A stretch of DNA of 62,933 nucleotides, filler included, from an uncultured bacterium (GCA_965372715.1; 4 parts of 4 records of this genome joined end to end with filler, not necessarily neighbours in it); one strand, 5' to 3'; shown: positions 1 to 10,011, counted from the whole stretch's first letter. Notes: generated from the letters alone by a model not told the origin. Translations and numbers: made by a program.

Positions 1-37
1 AGGTTTGCTCTTCCTATCTTGCACACCTGTCAGAGGT

Positions 38-61
38 GGGCGTCTCTTGAGCCGCCCCTAC
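38..61 (-). repeat. GTAG-family REP-like palindrome
   Basis: Reverse complement reads GTAGGGGCGGCTCAAGAGACGCCC (GTAG plus GC hairpin), the same family as the copies at 3607, 43037 and 54993. Confidence 0.7.
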
Positions 62-136
62 AAGATATATTCGCCCAGCTGCGGCCGCAATCCGGGCATC
101 ACGTCGGCAACTCGGCACCTCCCGGGGCGACCGAAC

Positions 137-1312
137 CTACGGTAACCGTTTGACGCCGATGGTCGCGATGGAGGCCTGCTGGGTCAGGCTCAGCGCGATT
201 GATTCTGGCTGAGGGGCGCCGCTTTCGTGTTTCTCCTCGGCCCGCTCCGAAAGCCTAACCTCTACGAGGTGCCTGCCTTTTGACTTCACGTCTGCCGCAA
301 GGAAGTCAGCATCGCCCGAGAGCGCTCGCGCCACGGCCCGGCCAAGCTGCTCCAGGTTGCCCCTGTATCTGACGCTTATCTCGGAGAAGTTCTCGACCTG
401 GGGATCGCCTATCGAGACGCCCTTTTGCATGACGTCGGAGCAGCGAGGGATACTCTGGAGAATCAGTCTCAATTCGGTCAATTGTCCATAGTCGCCAGCC
501 CCAAGAAACCTGACCAAGAACGGATCGCCGTGTTGTTCACGCTGAAGCGCCGACTCGTTGATCCTCTCGAACACCTCGCGGGCAAATGCTTTCGCCGCTT
601 GAGCCACGGCGTTTTTCTCCGCGGACTCTTCGTCCCGCCCGTTGCCCAATCGGTGAAGCACCATCATGCGTTTGACTGGCCTACCCGACGCGGCTTGGAG
701 CACGTATCCCGACACGGTCGCGCGATACGTGTATGGCTCATCGAGGTCGCCTCCGAACCCCATCTTCAAGGTTTTGCACGAGAAGGTTACGACAAGCGCG
801 GCCTGATGGCTGAGGCCCAGTTTCGACGCAGCATCCCTCGGCGTGGTTGTCTTGGCACGCTGATAGGCGGCCCAGTGAATGCCCTGATTGAAAGCTGGGT
901 TGATGAGCGGGACGCCTCGCTCGCCCAGGTCAGCCGCAACAGACCTGAACACGCTGTAGTTGGCGCCCCAGGGCGACGCAACGCTCGGGTCAATAAGGAT
1001 AAGAACCCGCGGTAGGACGGCAGCGACCGTCGAAATCGTCGAGGCTGTGCCAGACCTGTCGCTCCGGTCTGGCAGAACAGCGCCGCAATACGGACAGAAC
1101 CTGCTATCGACCGGAATCGTCGAATGGCACTCAGGGCACTCGATTGTATCTAGCTGCGTCTCGCGCGGCTCGTCGCCGGGCAGCGGACTGGATTCAGGCT
1201 CCTGGGCCAGACTGAGCGCTGCAAGAAGCGACAGGAGCAAAACGCCGACGAGTATGCTACTTTCCGGCGAGCTCGACAACCCAATCCTAGCCATTGGTTT
1301 GAGGAACATCAA
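137..1312 (-). CDS. Secreted protein with double zinc-ribbon and a CsgG/FlgT-like alpha/beta domain
   Basis: Hydrophobic signal (LLLSLLAALSLA-QE), CPECH...CPYCG, and a C-terminal region resembling the neighbouring lipoprotein; fold call is inference. Confidence 0.6.
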   Translation of the reverse strand: MMFLKPMARIGLSSSPESSILVGVLLLSLLAALSLAQEPESSPLPGDEPRETQLDTIECPECHSTIPVDSRFCPYCGAVLPDRSDRSGTASTISTVAAVLPRVLILIDPSVASPWGANYSVFRSVAADLGERGVPLINPAFNQGIHWAAYQRAKTTTPRDAASKLGLSHQAALVVTFSCKTLKMGFGGDLDEPYTYRATVSGYVLQAASGRPVKRMMVLHRLGNGRDEESAEKNAVAQAAKAFAREVFERINESALQREQHGDPFLVRFLGAGDYGQLTELRLILQSIPRCSDVMQKGVSIGDPQVENFSEISVRYRGNLEQLGRAVARALSGDADFLAADVKSKGRHLVEVRLSERAEEKHESGAPQPESIALSLTQQASIATIGVKRLP

Positions 1313-1318
1313 GACCCG

Positions 1319-1972
1319 CTATTGACCGCCTACGGCCCGGCCAGCCTCGTAGTTTCCTATGATGTGCGCCGCAACCTCTGAATAGGCTCTTGCGCTTGCG
1401 AGGACCGCGCCCCAGCACGCCTTCTCGAAACCGGGACCCGGCGTGCCCTCATGCTCGACTTCTTCTCTGTGGAGCACCCTGCCAGACGCGACCTCGACCA
1501 CACTTCCGGAAAACTTGCACGCGCACCTCTGCTCAGAGGCATCAATAGTGGCGAGATTCGGCACGTCCCGAAAAGAGACGATAATCGCCAGTTCAGCTTT
1601 GAGCCTCTTGACGCCCCTCTGAGTCTCAGAGAGATCGTCCCATCCCGAGGCGCGAAACACCCTCAGTCCTTTGGCCTGAAGAGCGGCCACGAGAGCGTCG
1701 AGGCCCTTCTGTGAATAGACGCTCGGCAGATACGGCGCGGGGTCCAGCATGACCGCTGTAACAAGAGGTCCTGAACGTGAGGCGCCGCGGTCCTGATCCG
1801 CCTTTGCGCTAGACCTGGATTGTCTGTGTGTCGTCGGCGTGATCTTCCGCTTCTGCGTCTCCTTTACACAACCGCCAGTGGCCGCCAATGCAACCAGAAC
1901 TATCAGCGCAAATCCCAGATGCCGCCGTAACAGCTGCGTTGTCTTTCGATTCATCTTCCTAAATCCAAACAA
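1319..1972 (-). CDS. Putative lipoprotein of unknown function
   Basis: Basic N-terminus, hydrophobic stretch and lipobox-like ATGG-C; co-oriented and 6 bp from the next gene; exact start uncertain. Confidence 0.6.
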   Translation of the reverse strand: MFGFRKMNRKTTQLLRRHLGFALIVLVALAATGGCVKETQKRKITPTTHRQSRSSAKADQDRGASRSGPLVTAVMLDPAPYLPSVYSQKGLDALVAALQAKGLRVFRASGWDDLSETQRGVKRLKAELAIIVSFRDVPNLATIDASEQRCACKFSGSVVEVASGRVLHREEVEHEGTPGPGFEKACWGAVLASARAYSEVAAHIIGNYEAGRAVGGQ

Positions 1973-2023
1973 CCCGAAATCCGCAATCTGAAGCTGAAAA
2001 ACGAGCTACCAACCCTCGCCAAT

Positions 2024-2115
2024 TGGCGGAGAGGCAGGGATTCGAACCCTGGAAGCGCTTTAAGACGCTTACTCGCTTAGCAGGCGAGCTCCTTCGGCCT
2101 CTCGGACACCTCTCC
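2024..2115 (-). tRNA. tRNA-Ser(GCT)
   Basis: Reverse complement GGAGAGG...CTCGC-CT-GCT-AA-GCGAG, long variable arm, GGTTCGAATCC, ending CCTCTCCGCCA. Confidence 0.97.
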
Positions 2116-2238
2116 TACGAATGAATCCTGTCTCATTGAGCACCGGCAACTGTGCAGAATGCCGCCGATCTTGTCAAGTTTGGACTTAGCGCCTCAAGAA
2201 TCAGATGGCTGGGCGTGAGTTTGGAGACGGGACGTCTT

Positions 2239-2264
2239 GGAGTGCGGTGAGCTCTCACCGCTTT
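2239..2264 (+). repeat. GGAG-family REP-like palindrome
   Basis: GGAGTGCGGTGAGCTCTCACCGCTTT, same architecture as GGAGTGCGGCGGCTTGACGCCGCTTT at 19897. Confidence 0.6.
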
Positions 2265-2373
2265 CGCTTGCGATGACCTGGCATCGCTTCCCAGAAATGC
2301 TTCATTGGCGCTGATGGGGGTCTAGTCGCATATCGAGGTGTCTCGGTTCGGAATAGTCGTAATGTGGTTGCAC

Positions 2374-3522
2374 TTAAACGCTGGTTATGCAGCTGTCCAA
2401 GCGCTCGGTTTCCGGGAACCACCTGCGGACTTGTTCTATCCAGCCGCCGCCAACCAGACAATCGCCGTCGTAGAAGGCCGCGGCTTGGCCGGGGGTTATC
2501 GACGGCTGGGCCTCAGCGAAACGGACGTTGACCGTCGTGTCGTTCCCGTCAATCGGCGTTATCTGCGCCTCTTGGGCCTTGTGCCTGTATCTGATCTTCG
2601 TATCGAGACACGCCGGCCCTTTTGGCGCCAGTCCCTCCGCCCAGACGACGTCGCTGGCCCTGAATTGGCGTGCGTACACGTGCTTCTTGTCTCCTATGAA
2701 CACCGTGTTTGTGGCTGGATCGATGCTCAGGACGTATTTGGGCTTGCCCAATGCGACCGAAAGGCCCCGTCGCTGGCCGACCGTGAAGTTCAGGATGCCT
2801 TTGTGATTGCCGACCTGCCCCAGCTCGACGTCCACAATGGGCCCTGGTTGCGGCTCGTAACCCAGGCCGCTGAATACATCGGTGTGCTTCTTGGCGCCCG
2901 CGAAGCAAAGGTCCTGGCTTGGTTTCAATGACGGTTCGCACAGTCCGTGCCTAATAACCTCGGCGCGCACGTCGGCCTTCTTCATCTCGCCAAGCGGCAT
3001 TAGCGCTCGTCCGAGGTGCGATGACGGGACTCTGCACAAGAAATATGATTGGTCCTTCTTAGGGTCGAGCGCCTGACACACGACTTGCGTCCCGCTTTCC
3101 GGATGCTTTATGACCCTCGCGTAATGCCCTGTGGCGTAAAAGGCCGCGCCAAGCCGGTCTGCTAAGTCCAAAAGGCTAGCGAACTTTATCTTGGCGTTGC
3201 AGACGACACACGGATTGGGTGTGCGACCCCGCTTGTATTCCTCAAGGAATGGCTCCAGCACCAGGCGGCGGAACCTTTGGCCGAGCTCGATAAACAGCAC
3301 TTCAACGCCTATCTTCTCGGCGGACTTGACAAGCCTCTGCTCTCCCTCTGTGCGAGGCGCGTTGTCAATGGGCCGCGGCTGACGCTGGTCGCTTTCCGGG
3401 GAGGAAAACGGGTCGAGCCGGAAATGCACGCCCAATACTTTGTAGCCGTGGCTCTTGAGCGCCCACGCTGCGTAGGTGCTATCAATGCCGCCGCTTAGAG
3501 CGATCAGGACTCGTTCGGACAT
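2374..3522 (-). CDS. mnmA: tRNA-specific 2-thiouridylase
   Basis: SGGIDS PP-loop, TPNPCVVCN, ATGHYA, KDQSYFL, SQDLCF, TVGQRRGL, ITPGQ motifs. Confidence 0.97.
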   Translation of the reverse strand: MSERVLIALSGGIDSTYAAWALKSHGYKVLGVHFRLDPFSSPESDQRQPRPIDNAPRTEGEQRLVKSAEKIGVEVLFIELGQRFRRLVLEPFLEEYKRGRTPNPCVVCNAKIKFASLLDLADRLGAAFYATGHYARVIKHPESGTQVVCQALDPKKDQSYFLCRVPSSHLGRALMPLGEMKKADVRAEVIRHGLCEPSLKPSQDLCFAGAKKHTDVFSGLGYEPQPGPIVDVELGQVGNHKGILNFTVGQRRGLSVALGKPKYVLSIDPATNTVFIGDKKHVYARQFRASDVVWAEGLAPKGPACLDTKIRYRHKAQEAQITPIDGNDTTVNVRFAEAQPSITPGQAAAFYDGDCLVGGGWIEQVRRWFPETERLDSCITSV

Positions 3523-3606
3523 GCTGGTGGCACACGGCTTGATCTTTCCGTGCCAAGAGGCTTGAGCAGGCTAGAGAGAGGCTGGGTCATAACTCGGTGT
3601 GGTTGT

Positions 3607-3630
3607 GTAGGGGCGGTGCTTGCCCCGCCC
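3607..3630 (+). repeat. GTAG-family REP-like palindrome
   Basis: GTAGGGGCGGTGCTTGCCCCGCCC, identical to 43037-43060. Confidence 0.85.
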
Positions 3631-3877
3631 TCCGTCTGTGGCGGCAATGCGCAGGCCGGTGGGTGCCCCCCCCCACTCAGCTGGGAGTGTATGTATGATG
3701 TGGGGGGGCCCCCGGCGCGGCCGGGGGGCGCCCCCCCCTTGGTGTGTGTGGTTTTATGGCCGGCCGCGCGCGCCAGCCCCCGCCCCTCCCGGACCTATCA
3801 CTCGTCCTAAAGCCGCATTCTGGACGTCGCAAGACAATTGAACTCCGCTCTATTGATGACCTTGCGAGTGTGCATCT

Positions 3878-4642
3878 TCATACGACCGGACTCCCCGGGC
3901 GGCGTTGCTGCACTTGTTTGTTCACACGCACGACATCTTCGTGGCTGCTCAAGTAGTCTATCACATCCTGCACGGCCAAAAGCTTACCAGGAAGATAAAG
4001 CTCGCGGAATACGGCTGACAGCATCTGGAAGTCCTCGTGGGTGTCGAGCGTGAGCCTGAGGTCAGGCGCTCCGAGGTCAGACCTGAGTTCTTTGACCCGG
4101 AAGCGGTCTGGCCGTTCACGAATGAATAAAGTAACGTGCTCGCGGTGGTCCGGCCTGTCACATATCTTGTGAAGAAGTTTCAAGGCGGCCAAAGAGACGG
4201 CCTCGCACGAAGTGCCCAACGGCGAGTTCGCGGCGTAGCAATACTGCAAATCTGGGTCCCGGCGCATCGCATCGACAAGACAATCAACGATGTCGAGATC
4301 GACGAGCGGGTTATCGCCGGTCACTCGGACCACGATGTCGGCGCCGATGGCCGACGCCGCGGAGATATACCGCTTCAAAACGTCATCTTCACTGCCTCGT
4401 TCACATCGCACGGAGAGCCTATTGCAGAAACTGACTATCGCGTCGTCAGCAGGATTTTGGGATGTTGCGACCGCGACGCAATCGAGGCTTTTGCAGGCCT
4501 TCAGCCTATCGATTACGTGGGCTAGAACCGGCTTGCCCGCTAGTTCGAGCAAGGTCTTACCAGGCAGCCTCTGCGAACTCATCCGGGCCTGAACAATCGC
4601 ACAGGCGAGCCCTGGCGGCGACTCCTCATCGCACTCCTGCAT
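3878..4642 (-). CDS. SpsF-like cytidylyltransferase family protein
   Basis: IVQARMSSQRLPGK, GSEDDVLKRY, RVTGDNPL, HREHVT, RLTLDT motifs. Confidence 0.88.
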   Translation of the reverse strand: MQECDEESPPGLACAIVQARMSSQRLPGKTLLELAGKPVLAHVIDRLKACKSLDCVAVATSQNPADDAIVSFCNRLSVRCERGSEDDVLKRYISAASAIGADIVVRVTGDNPLVDLDIVDCLVDAMRRDPDLQYCYAANSPLGTSCEAVSLAALKLLHKICDRPDHREHVTLFIRERPDRFRVKELRSDLGAPDLRLTLDTHEDFQMLSAVFRELYLPGKLLAVQDVIDYLSSHEDVVRVNKQVQQRRPGSPVV

Positions 4643-5387
4643 ACTTGACCTCTCTCAGCATCAAAAGCTCTTTCCCGTCCTTGGTGAGTTCGAAGCTGCG
4701 CGCCGACCTGATGTCATCGACCCGGTTGCTGTCCTCGGTTAGAAGTCGCACCACGGCGAGGCGCGAAAGCGGTTTGATCAGAATGTGTCGGATAACCCAT
4801 TCGAGGATAAGGTTCGGATAAGGAGGGTTCTTGTCGGTCAGCGCTATCCCAAGGTTCTCCCGTAGCCTCTCGCTGAACTCATCCAGTTGAACGGCCGAGT
4901 CCGGCTCCAAGGCGAGAACCAGGTCGAGAACATCCGCTCGCCGCTCGGCGATCCTTGCGCCTAAGTCGCCGCGCGGGAAGAGCACTGACCAGGGGTAATC
5001 GTTCACGTATGCGGAAGCAAGCATTATGAGGCGCGTTTCTGGCTCTCTCGAAAGAAAGAGGTAACCGTGTTGCGAGACGCGGAGCGCGCCGTCTGAGGCA
5101 GTCGTCATGCCGGAGAATCGGCAAAGTGTATCGGCGAAGAAGACGTCGGGATAGTGCCGTTCATTCGGCAGATAGCCATACCGCCCGGCAGTCGGATCGA
5201 ATAACCTGACAATCTCCTGAAGGCTTTGATTCGCGATCAGCCCGCTTTCCGGCGACAGGGAGATGCGGTTTGAGTGGACGTAGGTCAGGAATCGCTCGGC
5301 CTGGCCCACGATTGCTGGGCCAGAGTAGGTCTCGTTTGAACTCAATCTTCTATCCCCTCGAGGCCAAACTCCTTCATTTTGGCCCAC
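4626..5387 (-). CDS. Hypothetical protein
   Basis: 253-aa ORF overlapping both neighbours within a co-oriented operon; no motif recognised with confidence; start uncertain. Confidence 0.6.
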   Translation of the reverse strand: MGQNEGVWPRGDRRLSSNETYSGPAIVGQAERFLTYVHSNRISLSPESGLIANQSLQEIVRLFDPTAGRYGYLPNERHYPDVFFADTLCRFSGMTTASDGALRVSQHGYLFLSREPETRLIMLASAYVNDYPWSVLFPRGDLGARIAERRADVLDLVLALEPDSAVQLDEFSERLRENLGIALTDKNPPYPNLILEWVIRHILIKPLSRLAVVRLLTEDSNRVDDIRSARSFELTKDGKELLMLREVKYAGVR

Positions 5388-6715
5388 AGCGTCGATCGGC
5401 TAATGCCAAGCATTCTAGCGGCCTTAGCCTTGTTCCAGTTGGTCAGTCTCAAGACGCTAAGAGTATGTGCTCGTTCAAGGTCTTTGAGCGTAACCGGGCG
5501 CTGGCCCTTGGAATCGGGCCTGCTCGTGCTCTGCACCTCAAGGGCAAGGTCGCCGTCGTCAATGCTCTCGTCGGCGCAGACAATCGCCGCACGTTCAATG
5601 ACATTCTCAAGCTCCCTGACGTTGCCCGGCCAGGGATACTCGAGTAGGGCCTTCTGAGCATTTTCCGTAAGGCCACTTATCCTCTTTCGCTTGGCAAGCG
5701 ACATCCTGTCTAGGATGAACTCCGCCAGGGGCATGATGTCCTCCCGGCGTTTCCTGAGTGGAGGTATTTCGATGGTGAATACGTTAAGCCTGAACAGCAG
5801 GTCCTCCCTAAATCTACCGCTCTTAATGGCCTGCTTGAGGTCCTGATTGGTCGCGGACACGACTCGCACGTCAACCTTCACGGAGTTCTTGGCGCCTAGC
5901 GGCACGAACTCCTCCTCTTGCAGCGCACGGAGGACCTTTGCCTGAGTTGATGGCGACATGTCTCCTATCTCGTCCAAGAATATCGTGCCCTGATTCGCCT
6001 GCAAGAACTTGCCCTGCTTCTCAGAAACGCCCGTCGCGGTGCCCTTCTCGATCCCGAAGAGCTCCGACTCAAGAAGCGTCTCCGGAATCGCGGCGCAATT
6101 GAGCGCCACGAAGGGCATCCTCGAGCGAGGCCCGTTGTAGTGTATCACGCGCGCCAAGAGCTCCTTGCCGGTTCCGCTCTCGCCCACGATCAAGACGCGG
6201 GCCTCGGTCGGCGCGACCTTTCTGACGAGGTCCACAACACGCTTCATCGGCTTCGAGACTGCAATCACCGAATCGTAGCTGAAGCGATTCATCTGCTCGC
6301 GCTGCAAGTGCTGAAGCGACTCGATCTCCCGGGAAATGGCTCGACTTTGTAGCGCCTTCTTGACTTTGAAGACGATTTCCTCATTCTCGCAAGGAGTTGT
6401 AATGTAGTCGCAAGCCCCGAGCTTCGTGGCCTCGATCGCAGTGCTTATCGAGCCGAAGGCCGTTGCAACTATGACCTCCGTCCCTGGGCAAAGACGCTTG
6501 ACCTCTCTCAATACTCTAATCCCAGAGTCACGCTCTTCCATCCTGAGGTCCGTAATGACGAGGTCGAAGCTCTCCTTGCGGATGCGCTTCATCGCTTCCT
6601 TCTCGCTGGAGGCCTCCGCCACCTCATGGCCCTCGGCCTTCAGCAGGAGGCTGAGCGTGGTTCGCATCGACTGATCATCATCGACAACTAGTATCTTGCC
6701 AAAGCAGTCCATCAT
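5342..6715 (-). CDS. NtrC-family sigma-54-type response regulator (receiver-AAA+-HTH)
   Basis: ILVVDDD receiver, GESGTGKE Walker A, FLDEIGDM Walker B, FREDLLFRLNV, WPGNVRELEN, AARMLGISRSTL helix-turn-helix. Confidence 0.95.
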   Translation of the reverse strand: MMDCFGKILVVDDDQSMRTTLSLLLKAEGHEVAEASSEKEAMKRIRKESFDLVITDLRMEERDSGIRVLREVKRLCPGTEVIVATAFGSISTAIEATKLGACDYITTPCENEEIVFKVKKALQSRAISREIESLQHLQREQMNRFSYDSVIAVSKPMKRVVDLVRKVAPTEARVLIVGESGTGKELLARVIHYNGPRSRMPFVALNCAAIPETLLESELFGIEKGTATGVSEKQGKFLQANQGTIFLDEIGDMSPSTQAKVLRALQEEEFVPLGAKNSVKVDVRVVSATNQDLKQAIKSGRFREDLLFRLNVFTIEIPPLRKRREDIMPLAEFILDRMSLAKRKRISGLTENAQKALLEYPWPGNVRELENVIERAAIVCADESIDDGDLALEVQSTSRPDSKGQRPVTLKDLERAHTLSVLRLTNWNKAKAARMLGISRSTLWAKMKEFGLEGIED

Positions 6716-8142
6716 CTGGCGCCCTGCTCCTCTCTGCCATCGCGATTGTCTGCGCCAAGCTGCTTGCTGAGCGTGAACCTGACCCTGGTTCCTCGTTCAC
6801 CCGTTTCTGCCACAATGATTGAGCCCCCGTGGGCCTCGACAATCTGCTTCGCGATGTGCAGGCCAAGCCCGAGTCCCCCCTCATCCTGGGAGCCGCGCCC
6901 GGCGCGAACGAAACTATCGAATATCCTGCCCGTCTTGTGAGCTGGAATACCGGGCCCCTGGTCCTCCACGTCGAACAGCACGAACTTCGCGCCGTCCTTG
7001 GCTGTGAGCTTCAATATCCCGTCGTCACGGTTATACCGGTCCGCGTTGTGAAGCAGGTTGATTATCACCTGAGACACCTTGTCCGCATCAAACAACATCT
7101 CAATAGGCTGCGCCGGAAGCGCTGCCACTAGCTGCTTAGAACGCTTGACCAAGCTCTTCTCAGACTCCTTCACAAGAGCGCGCAAGAACTCGCTCAGATC
7201 GCCCTTCCTTAGATTCAGGCTGAATGCCCCGCGCTCTATTCGCGAGACGTCCAGGAGCTCCTCGATCATCCTGATCAAACGGTCCGCGTTGTTCTTTACG
7301 ACCGAAACCGCCTCATTCTGCTGAGATGTCAGCTCTCCGATCTTTCCCGACAGGAGAAGGTCGTAAGACATCTTCATCGACGAAAGAGGCGTTTTAAGCT
7401 CGTGCGAGACAACCGCCATGAATCTGGACTTCGTCGCATCCAACTGCTTCAGGCGAAGGGATTTGCTCTCTATCTCATTCCGTATCGAAGTATATACGGC
7501 GAGCACAATGAACGATGCTCCGAGAATGGGCAGCACATCGGCCATGTATTTGAACATGTAGTTGGACTTGTCGAAGTAGAAGAAAAAAGCGACGACTTGA
7601 TGAGCGTAAAAGAGCCAGAAAGCCTTCCTGTAGAAGTGATGAACCGAGCCCCGGAGCGCGTAGCACGAGGCAATCGCGAACGACAGGATCATGATATTGA
7701 GCAGCGTGAATAGGAACGGGGTCCAGACCATTAGGTCTCTGTATGGCAGCAGCCTGTCGAAGAAGATGATTTCAAGGACTAGCAGGAATATGAAGCCGAA
7801 GTAAGTAATCAGCAGCTTTTCAAACCTAAGGTGGCTGCGGGCCATGCGTATGATCACGACGCCGGCCAATATCGCAAACGATAGGTTCTCCCAGGCATAC
7901 GTTACTAGTATCGTGAATGAACGGGAGATCGGCCGCTCGCTTACGTGGCTGATGGCGAAGAACAGATAAGGGAAGAGAAGGCGTATCACCAGTATGGTGA
8001 ACGCCAAACCTATTACATAGTAATCCCGGTTGTGGGTGCGCTGCCACTCGCTGAAAGCCATAATCCAAACGAACAGCGCAAATGCAAGCCCAAGGACCTG
8101 GTAAGCGAGTTCTGCCTCAGGCGGGGTGAAGGTTTGCGGCAT
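6712..8142 (-). CDS. Membrane sensor histidine kinase
   Basis: About 7 N-terminal TM segments, VSHELKTPL H-box, NLLHNA N-box, DQGPGI and GLGLGL G-boxes; overlaps the regulator start (ATGA). Confidence 0.95.
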   Translation of the reverse strand: MPQTFTPPEAELAYQVLGLAFALFVWIMAFSEWQRTHNRDYYVIGLAFTILVIRLLFPYLFFAISHVSERPISRSFTILVTYAWENLSFAILAGVVIIRMARSHLRFEKLLITYFGFIFLLVLEIIFFDRLLPYRDLMVWTPFLFTLLNIMILSFAIASCYALRGSVHHFYRKAFWLFYAHQVVAFFFYFDKSNYMFKYMADVLPILGASFIVLAVYTSIRNEIESKSLRLKQLDATKSRFMAVVSHELKTPLSSMKMSYDLLLSGKIGELTSQQNEAVSVVKNNADRLIRMIEELLDVSRIERGAFSLNLRKGDLSEFLRALVKESEKSLVKRSKQLVAALPAQPIEMLFDADKVSQVIINLLHNADRYNRDDGILKLTAKDGAKFVLFDVEDQGPGIPAHKTGRIFDSFVRAGRGSQDEGGLGLGLHIAKQIVEAHGGSIIVAETGERGTRVRFTLSKQLGADNRDGREEQGAR

Positions 8143-8178
8143 AGCCCTCTCGCTTCCATGCTTTTAGCCTAGATGACC

Positions 8179-8661
8179 CTATTTTGAAGCCTTAGGTTCC
8201 TCTTCAGCCTCTTCTTTTTCTACCCATACCTTCAATTCAGCGGTTACATCCTGGTGCAGCCTGATTGGGACCGTGTGAATACCCAATGACCGGATAGGTC
8301 TTTCAAGCTGGACCTTCCTCGAATCAATATCCAGACCCTTCTCCTGAATCGCGGCCGCGATATCCCGGGCCGTAACCGACCCGAACATCTTATCCTCCTC
8401 GCCCGATTGCCGACGGAAGCGGCACTGGATGCTCTGTATGCGCTCGGCGATGCTCTGGGCATCCTTGACCTCGTGCCTCTTTCTCACAGCGACCTGCCGC
8501 TTAACATCCCGGACCACCATGAGGCTCCTCTTCGTCACAGCCACAGCGAGATCACGCGGAATCAAGAAGTTCCGAGCGTAACCATTCTTGACCGTAACTC
8601 TGTCGCCAGCGTTCCCGAGCTTCTCTACGTCGTGCTTAAGAAAAACCTCAACGTTCGCCAT
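8179..8661 (-). CDS. rplI: 50S ribosomal protein L9
   Basis: LGNAGDRVTVKNGYARNFLIP and KMFGSVT motifs; conserved gene order. Confidence 0.98.
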   Translation of the reverse strand: MANVEVFLKHDVEKLGNAGDRVTVKNGYARNFLIPRDLAVAVTKRSLMVVRDVKRQVAVRKRHEVKDAQSIAERIQSIQCRFRRQSGEEDKMFGSVTARDIAAAIQEKGLDIDSRKVQLERPIRSLGIHTVPIRLHQDVTAELKVWVEKEEAEEEPKASK

Positions 8662-8685
8662 CTACATTACCTCTCAAATGCAGCG

Positions 8686-9696
8686 CTAACCGCCCTGTTG
8701 CTCCTGCGGCGTGTCCTTCGACCTTACTTTCCTGAAGTCAATGAATACGTCCAGAAAACCGATGGCTACCGCCAAAGGAAAAAACAGATACCCCGTCACC
8801 AATAAGATTATCAGAAGCCCAGCCCACAGAAAAGCTCTGGATGAAATGACGCGTGCAGCGAAGAAAAACACCACCGCAAATCCCTGCACAGAATACACCG
8901 TCCCCACCGAAATCAGGCAGTTGAGAGACAGACGAAAAGGCGAGCCGTCCGTTAAGAAAAGAAGCACGCCGGCCCCAATGACCAGAAAGACTAGATGGTC
9001 CGGCGCGTGCCAAAGCCTGAACTGTCCTCTGGAAGTCGCCTCATGCACGCTGGCGCCAAAAAGGCGTCTGATAAGCGCCCTCAACGCCACGAACCCGACT
9101 ATCACGTAGAGCAACTCGCCGATCGTTACCAAAGCCGGGAGAACGAGCATTATATATCGAACTGCCTTGCTGGCCTGCTCCTCCCCAATCGAGGTCTTCA
9201 ACTGCTCGAAAGCATCAGCGTTCTCGGCCGGTAGGTTATCCACAAAAAGGCTGTTGAACGCTGCCTCGTCGCCCGGTATCACGGAGCCGGGGGCTGCAAC
9301 CTGCAAACCTATCAAAGTTACGGCCGAAACAGCCAGGGTCCCGGCTACGATTGTCCGAAACGGCGTGAGGCCCCTTCTCACATGTTCGCCCAGGATGACG
9401 CCAAGCATCGCGCCTCCCGCCGCAAAACCCAACGCCTGCTCCAGGGAAACGAAGCCCCACAGAACGAGGCATCCGCCAGCGACTAATCCGAGCACAACAG
9501 TTGGCCCGAAAAGGATATAGCTCAAGGCGACCGGAAGAGGCATTAGGACCTTGGTCAGGACCCGAAGCGGCGGCAACATGAAATGGACAGCGCACAGCAT
9601 CAACGTTACCCCAACGGCGCCGAATGCTATCCGCCCAAACGATGCGGCGCTGAGGCCCCCTCGCTCCGCCGCGTTCCTTGCTTCAGATGGCTCCAA
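8686..9696 (-). CDS. DUF2232/YybS-family membrane protein
   Basis: Multi-TM protein ending GFLDVFIDFRK, in its usual position between rpsR and rplI. Confidence 0.85.
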   Translation of the reverse strand: MEPSEARNAAERGGLSAASFGRIAFGAVGVTLMLCAVHFMLPPLRVLTKVLMPLPVALSYILFGPTVVLGLVAGGCLVLWGFVSLEQALGFAAGGAMLGVILGEHVRRGLTPFRTIVAGTLAVSAVTLIGLQVAAPGSVIPGDEAAFNSLFVDNLPAENADAFEQLKTSIGEEQASKAVRYIMLVLPALVTIGELLYVIVGFVALRALIRRLFGASVHEATSRGQFRLWHAPDHLVFLVIGAGVLLFLTDGSPFRLSLNCLISVGTVYSVQGFAVVFFFAARVISSRAFLWAGLLIILLVTGYLFFPLAVAIGFLDVFIDFRKVRSKDTPQEQQGG

Positions 9697-9706
9697 TCCT
9701 GCCGCC

Positions 9707-9934
9707 TTATTCTCCTACGAATGGGAGGAGAGCCAGAATCCTCCCACGCTTTACCGCGGTCGTAAGCTGACGTTGGTGACGTGCGCAGGCGCCGGATATA
9801 CGACGGGGGATGATCTTTCCCCGGTCCGTTACGAAAAACTTCAAGAGGTCCACTTCCTTGTAATCGACCTTGTCGATCTTCTTCTCGCAGAATCTACAGT
9901 ATCGCCTCCTGTAAGGCCTGAAACCTATTGGCAT
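9707..9934 (-). CDS. rpsR: 30S ribosomal protein S18
   Basis: CRFC...VDYK...[18 protein letters not shown]; start placed at ATG 9934 behind a purine-rich RBS. Confidence 0.97.
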   Translation of the reverse strand: MPIGFRPYRRRYCRFCEKKIDKVDYKEVDLLKFFVTDRGKIIPRRISGACARHQRQLTTAVKRGRILALLPFVGE

Positions 9935-10011
9935 TGCTCTTTCCCAAAACTCCTGCTCAAAATGAATATGTCGAAAACGAGACACTCATGCGTCAGGACA
10001 CGAGTGCGACA

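Noticed and set aside
3541..3556. TTGGCACG sigma-54-like site upstream of mnmA (and CGGCACG at 20592)
   Set aside because: No GC at the -12 position in either case
3631..3845. G/C homopolymer-rich low-complexity stretch with short ORFs
   Set aside because: It lies between REPs, and 3770-3845 is a garbled version of 44735-44812. This pattern fits base-calling errors after a strong hairpin. The same caution applies to about 33700-33842 and 34060-34150
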